Positions 1 through 12,686 of a stretch of 64,000 nucleotides of DNA are shown here, piece after piece (the stretch's first letter is position 1; every line of letters begins with the position of its first letter). Made by a program: the position numbers and the translations under genes. The DNA comes from Flaccisagitta enflata. Taxonomy: Eukaryota. The notes beneath the pieces are model-generated. The model did not search any database. It was not told the DNA's origin and worked only from the letters and a program-made list of their open reading frames with translations. The stretch spans positions 19,220,001 to 19,284,000 of the forward strand of contig OZ231126.1 of assembly GCA_965153355.1 (NCBI GenBank), in the 5' to 3' direction.

Positions 1-574
1 CAAATTTTGACCCTTTAAGGAGCTGTATATAAAGAACTGGGCTGAATCTTCCAAATCGCTCTGATGGCGCCATTTCTATTAATATGGGCTTTGCATTGGT
101 ACCCTGCATGACCATATAGCACCACCTGTATGAGCTGTAGAGGGTACTGCTATGGATTTGATTCACTCCTTTCGACTGCTCTCGTTGTGTTTTCATGCAG
201 TCTGTAAAGAATTGCTGCAGTGACTTCAAACTTGGCAAGGACAAGCCCCAAGTGAGTGTCTTAAAGGAAAAAAAAGCGAAAAAGATTTTCTACTGTTCTT
301 TTCGTGGATTCATACAGTAAAATGTTGCAAAAACAACCTTTTTTGCCCTTTTTTTAAATGGGTACCGGAATAATAAGCACCGCAAATTTTTTTCTCTTTT
401 CATTTATGAGAATGATGAAAAAAGGCGAAAAAATTCGTTTTCACAGTATTTTACACTATGAATTCGTGCTTAGCTTGAAGAGAAAAAAGAATCACACATG
501 TAGTTCCACAAACATATAGTTTCACATGAATTTTGAGGACACTGTATCCATTTTTGTAGAAGTATTAAAGAAAG

Positions 575-1225
575 TAGTCGCAAAAGCGTTAGATGGTCAG
601 CGGTACCCGTTGCCCCTATGTGAGTAACAGGTCTTACATAAAAAAGTACCAAATTCCTTTAGATCTCCTTAGGAAAATTGTTACTTTTTTATGTAAGACC
701 TGTCATATGTTGATGTGTGATGGTGAGAGGTGCAGCGGCCCCGAAGTAAGTTTTGAGGATTTAGGCTTGAAAGTGAGCATCAATAATGGGATTTGAGCCT
801 CGAGGTTAAGATTTGAGCCTCGAGGTTGGGATTTGAGCCTCGAGGTTGGGATGTGAGCCTTGTGGCTGGGATTTGAGCCTCTAGGTGGGGATTTGAGCCT
901 TGAGGCTGGGATTTAAGCCTCAAGGCTGGGATTTGAGCTTATAGGCTGGGATTTGAGCTTATAGGCTGGGATTTGAGCTTTGAGGTTGGGATTTGAGCCT
1001 CAAGCTTGGGATTTGAGCCTTGAGGTTGGGATTTGAGCCTTGAGGTTGGGATTTGAGCCTCGAGGCTAGGGTTTGGGCCTTGAGGCTAGGATTTGGGCCT
1101 TGAGGCTAGGATTTGGGCCTTGAGACTAGAATATGAGCTTTGAAGGGGGTGGATGGATGGAGAAGGAGAAATTTCTCCTGTGTGAAAGCATAGGTCATCA
1201 GCCCCTTTGGGGCCGCTGTCCAAAA
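575..1225 (-). mobile_element. HINE-like non-autonomous element, family E, with internal 21-bp minisatellite
   Basis: Both ends (gcaaaagcgttagatggtcagcggtacccgttgcccc and cccctttggggccgctgtccaaaa) recur at 62694-63010. Internal inverted copy of the cagcggcccc motif near 731-745. About 17 units of gggatttgagcctcgaggtt at ~788-1146. Confidence 0.75.
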
Positions 1226-1912
1226 GGACAAAAAAGGCTGTTTATTGCAGTATTTTACTGTATAAATTCATTTAAAAACAGTGAAAAATCTTTTTTTCTT
1301 CCTCCCCTCTTCTTTTTCTTCTTGATCGTCTTTTTCCTCTTCTTTCTTCTTCCTCTCCTCTATCTTCTCTTCCTCTTTACCCTCGCCTCGGCCACTTCCG
1401 CCTCCTCCTCATCTTCATCCTCTGCCTCTTCATCCTCGGCCTCTTCATCCTCTGCCTCTTCATCCCCTTCCTCAATACTTTTCCTCCTCTCTACCACGGC
1501 AAACCTCATCTTCCTTTCTCCTTTCCATCTCCCCCACTCCCTCCTCCACTGCCGCCTTCATTTACGCGATATGACCACTCGTTGACCAAAACGATTCATG
1601 ATGATGACGACAACGACGACTGACCCGATGACAAATTTTGCGACAATGTCAACTCTTCCAGTGACAAACATTTGTTCAACTCATGCGACATATATGACAT
1701 CATTGACAACAAAACCGGTGACAAAATCGACTCAAAAACAATGATTATCACCACAGCACGACCGCAAAAACCACCACAATGACAACAACCGCAACCACAT
1801 CCGGTCGGCGATCAGGGGAGCGGCCTGTCGTTGTGGGCATTGAAGACGCGTCGAAAGGAGGAACGGAAGCTAACGGGCTCGCGGGGTGTGGTCAAGCGAG
1901 GAAGGATGGCAC

Positions 1913-1950
<38 letters not shown>

Positions 1951-2457
1951 TGAAAGAGAGAGATGGACAAATAGACAGACAGACAGAGAGACAGACAGAC
2001 AGACACAGACAGAGATAAAAAAAACTAGGAAAAATGCGTTTGGAGTGGGATAGCAAATAGGACATGGAAAGATAGTATGATTTGCATAATGCAGTGATAA
2101 ATGATTTGCGACAGTAAGCGCTAGAAACTCATGGTATGCAGGTCTAGGCAATTTGCGGAAAGGAAAACTCTATTTCCTCAGATATCTCGTTCTAGAGAGG
2201 ATGCCTCCACTGGAAAGAAAACCCTTTCTGCGAGAGATCTCAATCATCATTCATGGTTTAAGATGTTAGTGTTGCGAATAATCCATTCCAAACTTATTAC
2301 TAGTGAGATTGTTCCTGAGTTAAATTTACTCAGCAGTCGCCAGAGGGGCGCTATCTGGCAAGCAAAGCAGCGTTACCTACTGCCGCGTAAAATGGGACGA
2401 GGGTTTCCTCATTCACATAAAAAACAGTCGAGTCCTACTCCTAGCGACAACCGAACA

Positions 2458-2817
2458 TTTTTTTAGTCGCGTGCTACGCGACTCTGCACCCCGCTTTGTC
2501 GGTCCGTCGGTTAGTCGGTTTGTCCCCTCTTTACTTTTTCGGCGTTTTTTAGGTTTTTAGGCTCACAGCTCATTCCCAAATGTCATTATAAGTCATTCTA
2601 AGTCATTTTAGTTCATTGGTTAATAGTAGAATTCTGGCCTCCTTTTATAAGGGCAATGTTGTTTCAACTTTCATAAGTCATTTCAAGTCATGTTAAGTTT
2701 TATGAAGTCAATATGGTTATTAAAGTCATTTCAGGTCACCTTGAGTCATTTTAACTAAATTTAAGTCATCTTAAGCTATTTATGTCCTGCACGCGACTTA
2801 TAGGTGTTGACCTTGTT
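2458..2817 (+). mobile_element. HINE-like element, family A, short satellite-type member
   Basis: 5' ttttagtcgcgtgctacgcgact, GTCY tract, degenerate aagtcattct 10-mers, 3' gcacgcgacttataggtgttgaccttgtt. Confidence 0.75.
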
Positions 2818-3335
2818 CTAATTTGATTAGGTCAATTGTGCGAAGATATCGGCTAAATGTGCCTACAAAAGCGGACCGTTTACAGTTGTCTTTTTTTTTA
2901 CCGGTACTGTCTTCATTTTTTACCGGTACTGAATTTTGGGTCTTAAAAATGTATATTAGTTAATAGTTAATTTAGTTAATTTGCGATGGACTCAGGTATA
3001 TTCATTAAAAAAATACAACAAAAAACAAAGTTGTGAGGATTTTATTTTTTTCAGATAGTTTATCCACTAGACTAGTTAGAAGCTTGATCAATTTTGCTCC
3101 AGGCAAAAAACCGCGTTACCTATGGACGGATGTACCAATCTACGCACCGAACTACCGAACTACCGACCCACAAACGCAGCTTCTTACATTACATGAAAAA
3201 TATAAATAACAAGTGACGCGGGGTCACAATATCGTTGCGGACGGGTGGGCTGAAGCGTCCAACCCCCATCCATATCTTACGCTCATCCTTCTACATCCCT
3301 CTATAATACTATATTCGAAAAGTGTTTGAAACGTT

Positions 3336-4727
3336 GGCAAAGGTGTAGGAGACGGCCGCACTTATGTAAACGTACACCGTCTTTAGATCGAATTGAAATA
3401 TGCAAAACCTTTATAAATCCTACATTTCTGGGCAAAAAGTCTCCAAATTTTCAGTGAATGTTGCTAATGTGTGACGGTTTTACTCTGTCAAACCTCAGAT
3501 CTTAGTACTTTAGATCTTGGGAATTGCATAACACTGAAAGAATGGCCTATTTTGGAGCAAAATCAACTTTTTCCAACTTTTTTTTCAAAGAAGCTTGTAA
3601 TTTTCTACCTGTAAATTCCAAATGAATGGAACTGGAACTCTAAGAACACTTTTAGATTACAGATGATAATTCATAGATTTCCGTTTTGCTTGAAAATTTG
3701 ACTAATTTCATTATTTTTGTGAAGATTATGATGATTTTTCTTGTTTGGCACTCACAATTTCCTCAAAAATCATCCAAAATCCATGAAAATCCCACTAGAT
3801 ATCAAAATTTTCTCAAAGTCAACAGTTTGTGTTAAATTCAAGTAATTATTGATCATTTGAAACCAATCTTAGGGTTTTAGGTCGATATGCTTGGTAATAA
3901 CAAGCAAAGAAAGACGGCTCTTTGAAAAAAGCCAGAGAAAAATTTCAGTGGCTCAAAAAATGGGTGTTCCTTTCAGTGTTTTGCTGTGCCCCAATTATTC
4001 AGTACCCATATTTAATCTTTTACATAACAAAACTGTCATATGTTACCAATATTCACTGAAAATTTGAAGACTTTTTTCCCTGTAGCTTAGAAGTTATAAA
4101 GGTTTTGCATATTTCAAATCGATCTAAAGACGGTGTATGTTTTGGCATTTTTTCATGCGATGCCACTGACAATGAACTTTGGGTGACATCCCTACCCCCT
4201 AACTCAACCCTACCCCTAAACCCATCCCTACCCCAAAACCCAGCCCTACCCCAAAATCCAACCCTACCCCAAAACCCAGCCCTACCCCAAAACCCAGCCC
4301 TACCCCAAAACCCAGCCCTACCCCTAAACCCAACCCTGCCCCTTAACCCAACCCTTCCCCTACACCCAACCCTACCCCTAAACCCAACCCTACCCCTAAA
4401 CCCAGCCCTACCCCTAAACCCAACCCTACCCCTATACCCAACCCTACCCTTAAACCCAACCCTACCCCTGAACCCAACCCTTCCCCTAAACCCGACCCTA
4501 CCCCTAAACCCAACCCTACCCCTAAACCCGACCCTACCCCTAAACCCGACCCTACCCCTAAACCCGACCCTACCCCTAAATTCAACCCTACCCCTAATCC
4601 CAACCCTACCCCTAAACCCGACCCTACTCCTAAACCCAAATTTTAACCTATCCAAATGTTGAATTTGGTGACAAAACAAAGGTTGAAATGGTGTAAACTA
4701 AGTGCGGCCGTCTCCTACACGTAGACC
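3336..4727. mobile_element. TIR element with 8-bp TSD (Merlin- or MULE-like), inserted into a family B HINE
   Basis: TIR core gtgtaggagacggccgcactta is inverted at both ends, with GG...CC termini. GAAACGTT is duplicated at 3328-3335 and 4728-4735. Host halves lie at ~3207-3335 and ~4728-4828. Confidence 0.8.
4190..4645. repeat. 18-bp C-rich minisatellite (TAAACCCAACCCTACCCC), ~25 units
   Basis: Directly visible tandem array; it produces the artefact ORFs LPLNPT/GFRGRV. Confidence 0.95.
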
Positions 4728-5413
4728 GAAACGTTCATTTTTTTTACTTTTTTCGATTTATGCTCATTAATGGACCGACGCGACGGACGAACAAAGACTT
4801 ACAGAGTTGCATGTCCACAACTTAAAAAGCAACAATGAAAAGGCCATGATCTTTTGTTTTTCAGTTCTTTTCCTTCGTTGGCTGGAAACCTCATGCTTTT
4901 TTTTCCGGTGGTACGTTTTCGAACTAAGTTTTTATTTGCAGACTTGTAGGTAGAATTAAAATTCTCCACAATAAAATCATTGTTGAATTGAATAGAATCA
5001 GTCTAATACACTTTTATTTTTGTAAGTGACTTTTTTCACAATTATCATAAGTATCAGTACCTTGGTAGAGAATGCCGGCGCGGCGGTCCCAAATGGTTGT
5101 ACCTCGAATCTTGCCTATAAGGGCATGGTTTTCTAATCAATATTGCCAGTGTCATTACTTCCACCAGTACATTAGTTATCTTTGATTGTTACTTTTGTAA
5201 GATATTTTGTGTATACTAATTGGTATAGGCCTGTCCAACCCTAAACTAATGAGGTATGCAGTCAGGCTGAAACCTTTGTTAGGTAAGCGTTTTGTTTGTC
5301 AATACACTTTTTTTTTTATAAGAGACTTTTTTATAAGAGACATGAGGCTGAGATTCACTGAAAATTTAAGAACAAAATAAGAGACAGCTCAGGCTGACTT
5401 TTGCCTCAGCTAA

Positions 5414-5640
5414 TTTTTAGCGTGCACGCGATTCTACATCCCGCTTTGTCCGTCCGTTGGTTGGTCGATCAGTTGGTCAGTCGGTTGGTCCCCATTTTAT
5501 TTTTTTTTTTATCAATTTTATTTCTTTAAGTCATTTAAGTCTTTTTAGGTTAAACTAAGTCATTCTAAGTCATTCTAAGTCATTCTGTTACTAACAGATT
5601 CTGTTAGTCTCGCACGCGACTTTTAGTGTTGGCCTTGTTT
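5414..5640 (+). mobile_element. HINE-like element, family A, short satellite-type member
   Basis: 5' tttttagcgtgcacgcgatt, GTCY tract, aagtcattct repeats, 3' gcacgcgacttttagtgttggccttgttt. Confidence 0.75.
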
Positions 5641-5659
5641 TTCCTTTTATTACAAGTGA

Positions 5660-5925
5660 GAGTAGTAAAAGTAGTAATAGTAGCAGCAAAAGTAGTAGTA
5701 GTATCAGTAGTAGTAATAGTAGTAGTAGTAGTAGTAGTTGTAGTAGTAAAAGTTGTAGTAGTAGTAAAAGTAGTAGTAGCAGTAATATTAGTTATATGTT
5801 AGTCGTAGAGTAGTACTAGCAGTGGTTGAGGTAGTAGTAGTAGTAACAGTAGCAATAACAGTAGTCTTAATAATAGTTATATCAGTAGTAGTGATATTTA
5901 TATCATTGATAGTATTAGTAGTAAT
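5660..5925. repeat. Degenerate (TAG)n microsatellite
   Basis: Run of agtagtagt units. Confidence 0.85.
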
Positions 5926-7528
5926 GGATCAAGTCAGGGAAAAATAAGAACAAATTAAGAGAATTCGAGGCTGAAAATGACTTGGAATTTAAGACACAGA
6001 GCAAGAAAAGCCAGGCAGGTTTTATTCACCGCTTTCCAGGCCTCGTTCTGATCTTTTTTTGACTCATATAACAAGTTCGTTGGTGTGGACATACTACATA
6101 TGCATAGTATCTCATATTTCATCCATCCAAAATGAGTGCCAGACCTGAATCATGACGATTATTGTGCCAAATCCATTGAGAAAATGGTCGTTTGAGAAGG
6201 AAACTGAGCTCCCTGGTATACTCAACCTATGTAGCTTTATAAACAATTCACCTATACTAATGTCACAATTATGAAAATGATGGAACGTATAGCTAATTTT
6301 ACCATTTTTTGCACTACGAAACAAATTTGTAGGCTTCCGGACAAATGGTATGCTCATAGATTAATTCTGAAGTGAAGGTGTCAGAGTGCCCATGAAACAT
6401 CAATCAAAAGTACAATTTTCATATTATAAGCTACAGTAGCTATCGAGCAATCAACGAGTGGGGATTTTTTCATGGAATTAGTGTTGTTACGTGTCCTTGA
6501 GCATTTTTGCTCATTTTTTGTCATGGGGAAGCTTTTTGGGAAAGCTAGATCAACTTCCGAAGGGAGATCTTCACAATTAATTTGGTTTTTGAAAATACTA
6601 TTTACACTTTTGAGAATTACAAATCTAAAAAAATATCAAAAATATCAAAAATATCAAAAATATCAAAAATATCAAAAATTTTGCATTTTTGAAAACATAG
6701 CGGTCTTGGCTAGCCCGCTATGTTTTTATTTTTTTCATTTTTTGATTTTCTATGCAAATTTATAATTCTCAGTGAATTAATTATAACACCCTTTTTGTTC
6801 TTTTTTTCTGATTTTTTTCTAGAACAAGCGCAGCTTGCTAAAAAAAGACTTAACATCAAAGGAGAAGTTAAATTCACATTTCGGTTAGCAGGGGCAGTAA
6901 TAAGGCCGGATACAGGGCAAATATCAATTGCCGGTATATGGGCAGGGTCAACAACTTGCTCGGACATGGTGCTGACACACACAAATATCAAAGGAATTGC
7001 TGAATCTGTTGTTAAAAAAACAAGGCGAAATACATGGCCACCCCTGTTGCATGCGGTTTGGCTGGGGTGGATATCTAAAAAGTTCCCAGGGATGTGGGCA
7101 GGGGTAGTGACCCCTTGACTAGGGGCAGTAGCGTGATTGGTCAATCATACTGAGAGTCATGAAAAGCAAACAGTGAAGTAAAACGTCATCCGCGAACAAG
7201 GTGGGATAAACAGCTACATCAGTTGTATGCGGGTGGGCAGGGGCAGTGATAACAGAGGCAGTGGGGAGGGGCAGGGGCAGTTAGCTCAAAAAATCAACAG
7301 AGGGACAGACGGATTGACAAGCGGGGTGTAAAAGTGGTTTCTATTGTTGGGAAAAAAATCGAAAAACGTTTTTCGATTTTTTGAGTTTCGCTTAGGAATT
7401 AATTTTTTTCATTTTTGCTTGAGGCTTTTTGAGGAAGTTGGGGAGCGACTAGGCTTGCCCCAGGCTGGGTTTGAAATTAGTACGGGGTGAAAAAGCGCAC
7501 TTTTTTATACCTCTACAAAAACCTATTA

Positions 7529-7962
7529 CACGCCGTATTTTTTATAAGAACACAGTTTTTTGTAGTGAGGCTCAGCGTTCTTATTTTTTGCCAATTTTCA
7601 GCCTTAAATGTTCTTAACCAGTTTTTATTTTTGTAGCATGGAAGTTCTTTATCATAGTTGCTAACTAGTCATTTTCAATGAAATGAATATATTTTATTCT
7701 CAGTGTTTACAATTTTTGTTTATATCGAGTCATGAAATTTATAGAAACGTAAATGATAAAAGTCATTGGTTGAATTGTTTAGGTTAGAGGATTCTGTACG
7801 ACGTTTTTTCATTGTTTCCTTAAAAAATTTTGTAAAAGCGTACTTTAAAATGTATTTGAGTACAAATCTGAGCCTGGGCATGTTCTTAAGATTTTCTTAT
7901 TTTTTCACTATATCTGAGGCTGATGTTCTTATAAACAGTGTTCTTAGACAAAATACAGCGTG
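7529..7962. mobile_element. TA-flanked MITE
   Basis: TIR cacgccgtattttttataagaacac / gtgttcttagacaaaatacagcgtg with TA on both sides. Confidence 0.75.
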
Positions 7963-8375
7963 TAATGTAATGAAGAGAGAGAAAATAGATTAAAAAAAAA
8001 AAAATAATCTTATGATTTTCTTCCGGTAGGCGAGAGCCGCCTTTACTGGTAGTGAGGGCTTTGCTTAGTAACTCTCTCTCTCACTCTCTCTCTGTCTCTG
8101 TCTCTGTGTCTCTGTCTCTCTGTCTCTCTGTCTCTCTCTCGCTTTCTCTCTCTATCTTGCTAATGTGTGCGTGCTTGATGATTCACCTTGTTGGGGGGTA
8201 TGGGATAAATAGTAACGGCGAGTTCCTTCTCATCTTCAGAATCATTCTGCTGTCAAACACAAGAAAGAGATCGTTTTCAGAACTGTTCATTTGTTTTGTG
8301 TGTGGTGACTCCAATCCCCAGGGATTTGAAGCGGCTAAAAACTCGCAGAGGAATGAAAGAAACGATGACAAACAG

Positions 8376-8550
8376 AACAAGGCCGGATACACGGCCACCA
8401 GTTGCGGACGGGTGGGCAGGGGCGGAAATGCGCGTTTTCCCACTTTTCAACTCGAGCGTGACGGACCAACCGACCAACCGACCGACCGACGGACGGACGG
8501 ACGGACGGACGGACAAAGCCTCTTATAGAGTTGCGTGTCCGCAACTAAAA
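8376..8550 (-). mobile_element. HINE-like element, family B (agttgcggac subTIR)
   Basis: aacaaggccggatacacggcc hairpin, agttgcggac ... gtccgcaactaaaa, GGAC tract. Near-identical to 30915-31076. Confidence 0.8.
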
Positions 8551-9280
8551 GAAATGGATCATTGAATCTGATACCAGATATGTTTGACGTATGTATGGAA
8601 AATTTTATCACGATGGAAGAATTCAAATTTCAAATTCAAATACTCCAAAAAAGTAAGGCGTTTCGCCTGTTGACTTGGAGACGTAAATTACTACAATCTA
8701 CTTCCCAATAAATAAATGATAGATTAAATTGAATAATTGATTCATAGAAGAATGAATAGAAAAAAATTAAGTAAATGTAAAATGGACAAATGAATGAATG
8801 AAAAATTGAATTAATGAACGTTAAAAAAATATTCTATCACTTTTATACTAAAAGGAGAAGAAAAACAATTTTTTTCTTAAATAAGTTAAAAAAAACTTTG
8901 AAAATAAGCAAAAATGAATGAGTTTATGAATGATAGAGTGAATGAATTCATACTAAATCAATGAACATTACTAAAATATGATATTGTATTCATGCATTTA
9001 TAAAAATTGTTGAAATAGTTACATATTTTCAAAAAGATCTGTTAATTTCTCCCAACTGTCTTTATTTTGAAGATTTATTAGTTTTTTAGTAATATTTAGC
9101 TAAAAAATCAATATTTTGCATTAATTTTTTTTGCAATGTGATCAGTATGCAATGCCTAATAGTAATCAACAATTGATTTGCGTCAAATCAATAATTCATT
9201 TTTTGACCCATATGACTGGAATCTGACCGGCTTTTCTTGCTCCGCGTCTTAAGAACACTCAGGCTGAGTTGAAAAAAGGT

Positions 9281-9604
9281 CAGGCCTGTATATTGTTCTA
9301 CATCCCCCCCCCCTGGTGGGGGGGGAAATAATCAAAGGGTTTGGAGATGGGGGAAAAAATACAAGGGGGAAAAAAGAGAAAAAAAAGAAAATTTGGGGAA
9401 AATAAAACTTTTGGCAGTACCAAATCATTTAAAATGATTTGTAAAACACAATATAACACTATTTAAACCTTAAAATCACTGTTTTATTGCTATATGGGGA
9501 AGAAAATCATAGATTTTATAACGTGACGCATTGCGTTGCGGGGAAGAAAATCAGAGGAAGGGTGGGGAAACTAATCAAAGATCATAGAACCATATACATC
9601 CCTG
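9281..9604. mobile_element. hAT-like MITE with 8-bp TSD
   Basis: TIR caggcctgtatattgttcta / tagaaccatatacatccctg. AAAAAGGT is duplicated at 9273-9280 and 9605-9612. A partial inverted relative lies at ~39855-39945. Confidence 0.8.
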
Positions 9605-10141
9605 AAAAAGGTTGTCTCTTATAAAAAAAAAAGTGTAGTAAAGGATAGTTGTGAGCAATCCGGAGTAAACACCATTGAAGGCTTTCATCCTTTGTAAATT
9701 GGAGAATTCTGGCCTCCTTTTTTTGTTGTTTCAACTTTCATAGACTTGTAGTCAAACACCCCCATTCATGTCTGAAAATGGAAAGCTGTATCGCCACAAA
9801 TGGTGTCTACTTTAAAATGGTGCAGAAGCTAAACCACTTGATAAAAAGTGCTGAAATTTTGTATGAAGAATCCGCAGTTGATATGCTTTAAAAAAGAACA
9901 AAACTGAATTTTGTAATAGGAACAGTTATCGCATAATACAACTTTTGCTGGTTACAGTTGCTTTTGAAGACAGGGTACACAAAAAGACAAGTATCTAACA
10001 CGCTCATTTTTCCACTTTCATTACGAATGAATGGACTGTCGGACCAACAAACGGACAAATCCTCTTATAGAGTTGCGTGTCCGCAACTTTAAAGCTCTAG
10101 ATAAGGGAACATTGAAGTTAATTATTATGTAACTATTACTA

Positions 10142-12253
10142 CCACTTGGACAAAAAAAAAAAAAGACGCACCTATCTATGAGTTTATAAAACAGATATAA
10201 ACAAGGCCAACACCTATAAGTCGCGTGCCGGACAAAAATAACTGAACTGACCTGACTCCTTATTGTATCATTTTATCGAAAATCAGACTTAAATGCAACC
10301 CAAAACAGACCCAAACTGAACTCAAACCAGACTCAAACCAGACTCAAACCAGACTCAAACCAGACTCAAACCAGACTCAAACCAGACTCAAACCAGACTC
10401 AAACCAGACTCAAACCAGAATTAAACCAGACCGAAAACAGACCTAAATCAGACATAAACCAGACATAAACCGGACATAAACCAGATTTAAGCCAGACTCA
10501 AACCAGACTCAAACCAGACTCAAACCAGACTCAAACCAGACTCAAACCAGACTCAAACCAGACTCAAACCAGACTCAAACCAGACTCAAACCAGACTCAA
10601 ACCAGGCTCAAACCAGGCTCAAACCAGGCTCAAACCAGGATCAAACAAGGCTCAAACCAAAAGAATCAAGCCAGACTCAAGCCAGACTCAAACCAGACTC
10701 GAACAGACTCAAAACAGACTCAAACCAGAATAAAACCAAACCAAAACCAGACCAAAACCCGACCAAACCAGACCTAAATCAGACCTAAATCAAACATAAA
10801 CCAGACAAAAACCAGACATACACCAGACCTAAACCAGACCTAACCCAGACCTAAACCAGACATGAAATGACATGAACCAGTCTTAAACCAGTGTAAGCAG
10901 ACTTTACCAGACTTAAACCAGACTTATCTTTAATATCATTTTAACTAGCAGACTTAAACCAGAGACTTAAACCATTAGACCAGCAGACTTAAACCATTAG
11001 ATTTAAGCCAGCAGACTTAAGCCAGCAGACTTAAACCAGCAAATTTAAACCAGCAGACTTTAACCAGCAGACTTAACCCATTAGTACCTAGGAAATAAGT
11101 CTTCGTTCACCTATAAGAAGGAATAAATACACTTCTATTAATTTTAAACCAGCAGACTTTAACCAGCAGACTTAAGCCAGCAGACTTTAACCAGCAGACT
11201 TAACCCAGCAGACTTAAACCAGCAGACTTAACCCATTAGACTTAAACCAGCAGACTTAAACCAGCAGATTTAAACCAGCAGATTTAAACCAGCAGACTTT
11301 AACCAGCAGACTTTAACCAGCAGACTTTAACCAGCAGACTTCAACCAGCAGACTTTAAACAGCAGACTTTAACCAGCAGACTTTTACCAAAAATGACCAA
11401 AAATGACCAAAAATGACCAAAAATGACCAAAACTGACCAAAACTGACCAAAAATGACCAAAAATGACCAAAAATGACCAAAAATGACCAAAAATGACCCA
11501 AATGACCTAAAATGACCAAAAATGATCGAAAATGACCAAAATGACCATAATAACCAAAATGACCAAAATGACCAAAATGACCAAAAATGACCAAGAATGA
11601 CCAAAAACGACCAAAAATGACCAAAAATAATCAAAAATGACCAAAAATCACCAAAAATGACCAAAAATCACCAAAAATCACCAAAATGACCAGAATGACC
11701 AAAATGACCAAAATGACCAAAAATTACCAAAAATGACTAGAAGCAACCAATAATTCCCAAAAACAACAAAAAAATGACACAAAATAACTACAGACGACCC
11801 AAAAAGACGAAAAAAAGCAAAGTGTTACGGACGGACGGACCGACCGACAGACGGACGGACCGACGGAGCGGGTTGTAGAGTCGCGTGCACGCGACTAAAA
11901 ACAATTTTAACAGTTTTTGAAAGATACATTTTGAAAGATTTTCAAAAAATTTTACATCTAGACAAATCCCAGGTCTGTATCTCAAACGGTTTAGGAGCCA
12001 GAGCTTTGCAAAGAGAAGAAAAAATTAGTAAAAATGTATTTTTATATAGGGATTGCAAAACTGAAATGGGCAATGTTTTTACTCAAACTAATGCCATTCC
12101 TAAACGAATTAAGATAGATAGACCAGATTGGCGCCAAATGAAAGTGCTTTCAAAGGGCTTTCAGATAACCTAATATTTTAAGAAGTTTTTATCATATTCA
12201 TGAGCAAAATTAGTTATTCAAAAGTGCGTCTTTTTTTTTTTTGAGTTGTATGG
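10142..12253. mobile_element. TA-flanked MITE hosting a satellite-carrying HINE
   Basis: Imperfect TIR cca...aaaaaaaaaagacgcac / gtgcgtctttttttttt...tgg with TA on both sides. Confidence 0.5.
10199..11901 (-). mobile_element. Satellite-carrying HINE-like element, family A, copy 1
   Basis: Ends aaacaaggccaacacctataagtcgcgtg and agtcgcgtgcacgcgactaaaa. Internal arrays of 11-bp aaaccagactc, 14-bp aaaccagcagactt and 9/10-bp aaaaatgacc. Confidence 0.85.
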
Positions 12254-12377
12254 TATCTCTTCAGTGACGGCTTTATGAGGCCGAAATTCGACTTATAGAT
12301 GCGTCCTGTGCGTTTTATTCCTGTGGGCTGTGACTGAGCTGTTTATCGCGTGCGCGCATGAGATGAAGACACAGAGA

Positions 12378-12450
<73 letters not shown>

Positions 12451-12686
12451 TGCTCGATTTTACGTGAACAAAAACGCCACGGCCGGACAAAGCCTCTTGT
12501 AGAGATGCGAAGACGGATCTTAAAACAACAAGCCATTTGATAGCAATTTGTTTAAACGCTTCATGGTTCGAAATGTTTACCATGACAAGGTTTGTCGTTT
12601 CATTTGCGATTTCCCTCATACGCACAGCCGCGGCCCGGAAGACTCCTGAGCGGCTGAGCCTGTTCTTGTGCCTTCACACTCCTCTA

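Larger units (their letters stand above)
5993..9248. mobile_element. TTAA-flanked TIR element (Kolobok-like)
   Basis: TTAA|gacacagagcaagaaaagccaggcag and ctgaccggcttttcttgctccgcgtc|TTAA form inverted termini (GA...TC). Removing the element restores the host MITE's ttaagaac motif. Confidence 0.7.
5305..9635. mobile_element. TA-flanked MITE (Tc1/mariner-like) expanded by nested insertions
   Basis: TIR cacttttttttttataagagac / gtctcttataaaaaaaaaagtg with TA on both sides. Internal aagaac...aggctga motifs match the intact relatives at 7529-7962 and 44858-45224. Confidence 0.7.

Noticed and set aside
4190-4645. True telomere or interstitial telomeric array
   Set aside because: The unit is an 18-mer, not TTAGG or TTAGGG, and it is internal to a TSD-flanked element.
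4053-4679. RG-rich 208-aa and Pro-rich 185-aa ORFs
   Set aside because: Translations of an 18-bp minisatellite inside a TIR element.
8376-8550. tRNA-derived SINE interpretation of the short interspersed repeats
   Set aside because: No Pol III A/B boxes or TSDs are visible; the subTIR plus hairpin architecture fits HINEs better.
10310-11740. Regular short repeats superficially resembling a CRISPR or other array system
   Set aside because: Monomers are head-to-tail with no unique spacers, there are no cas-like ORFs, and the context is eukaryotic.
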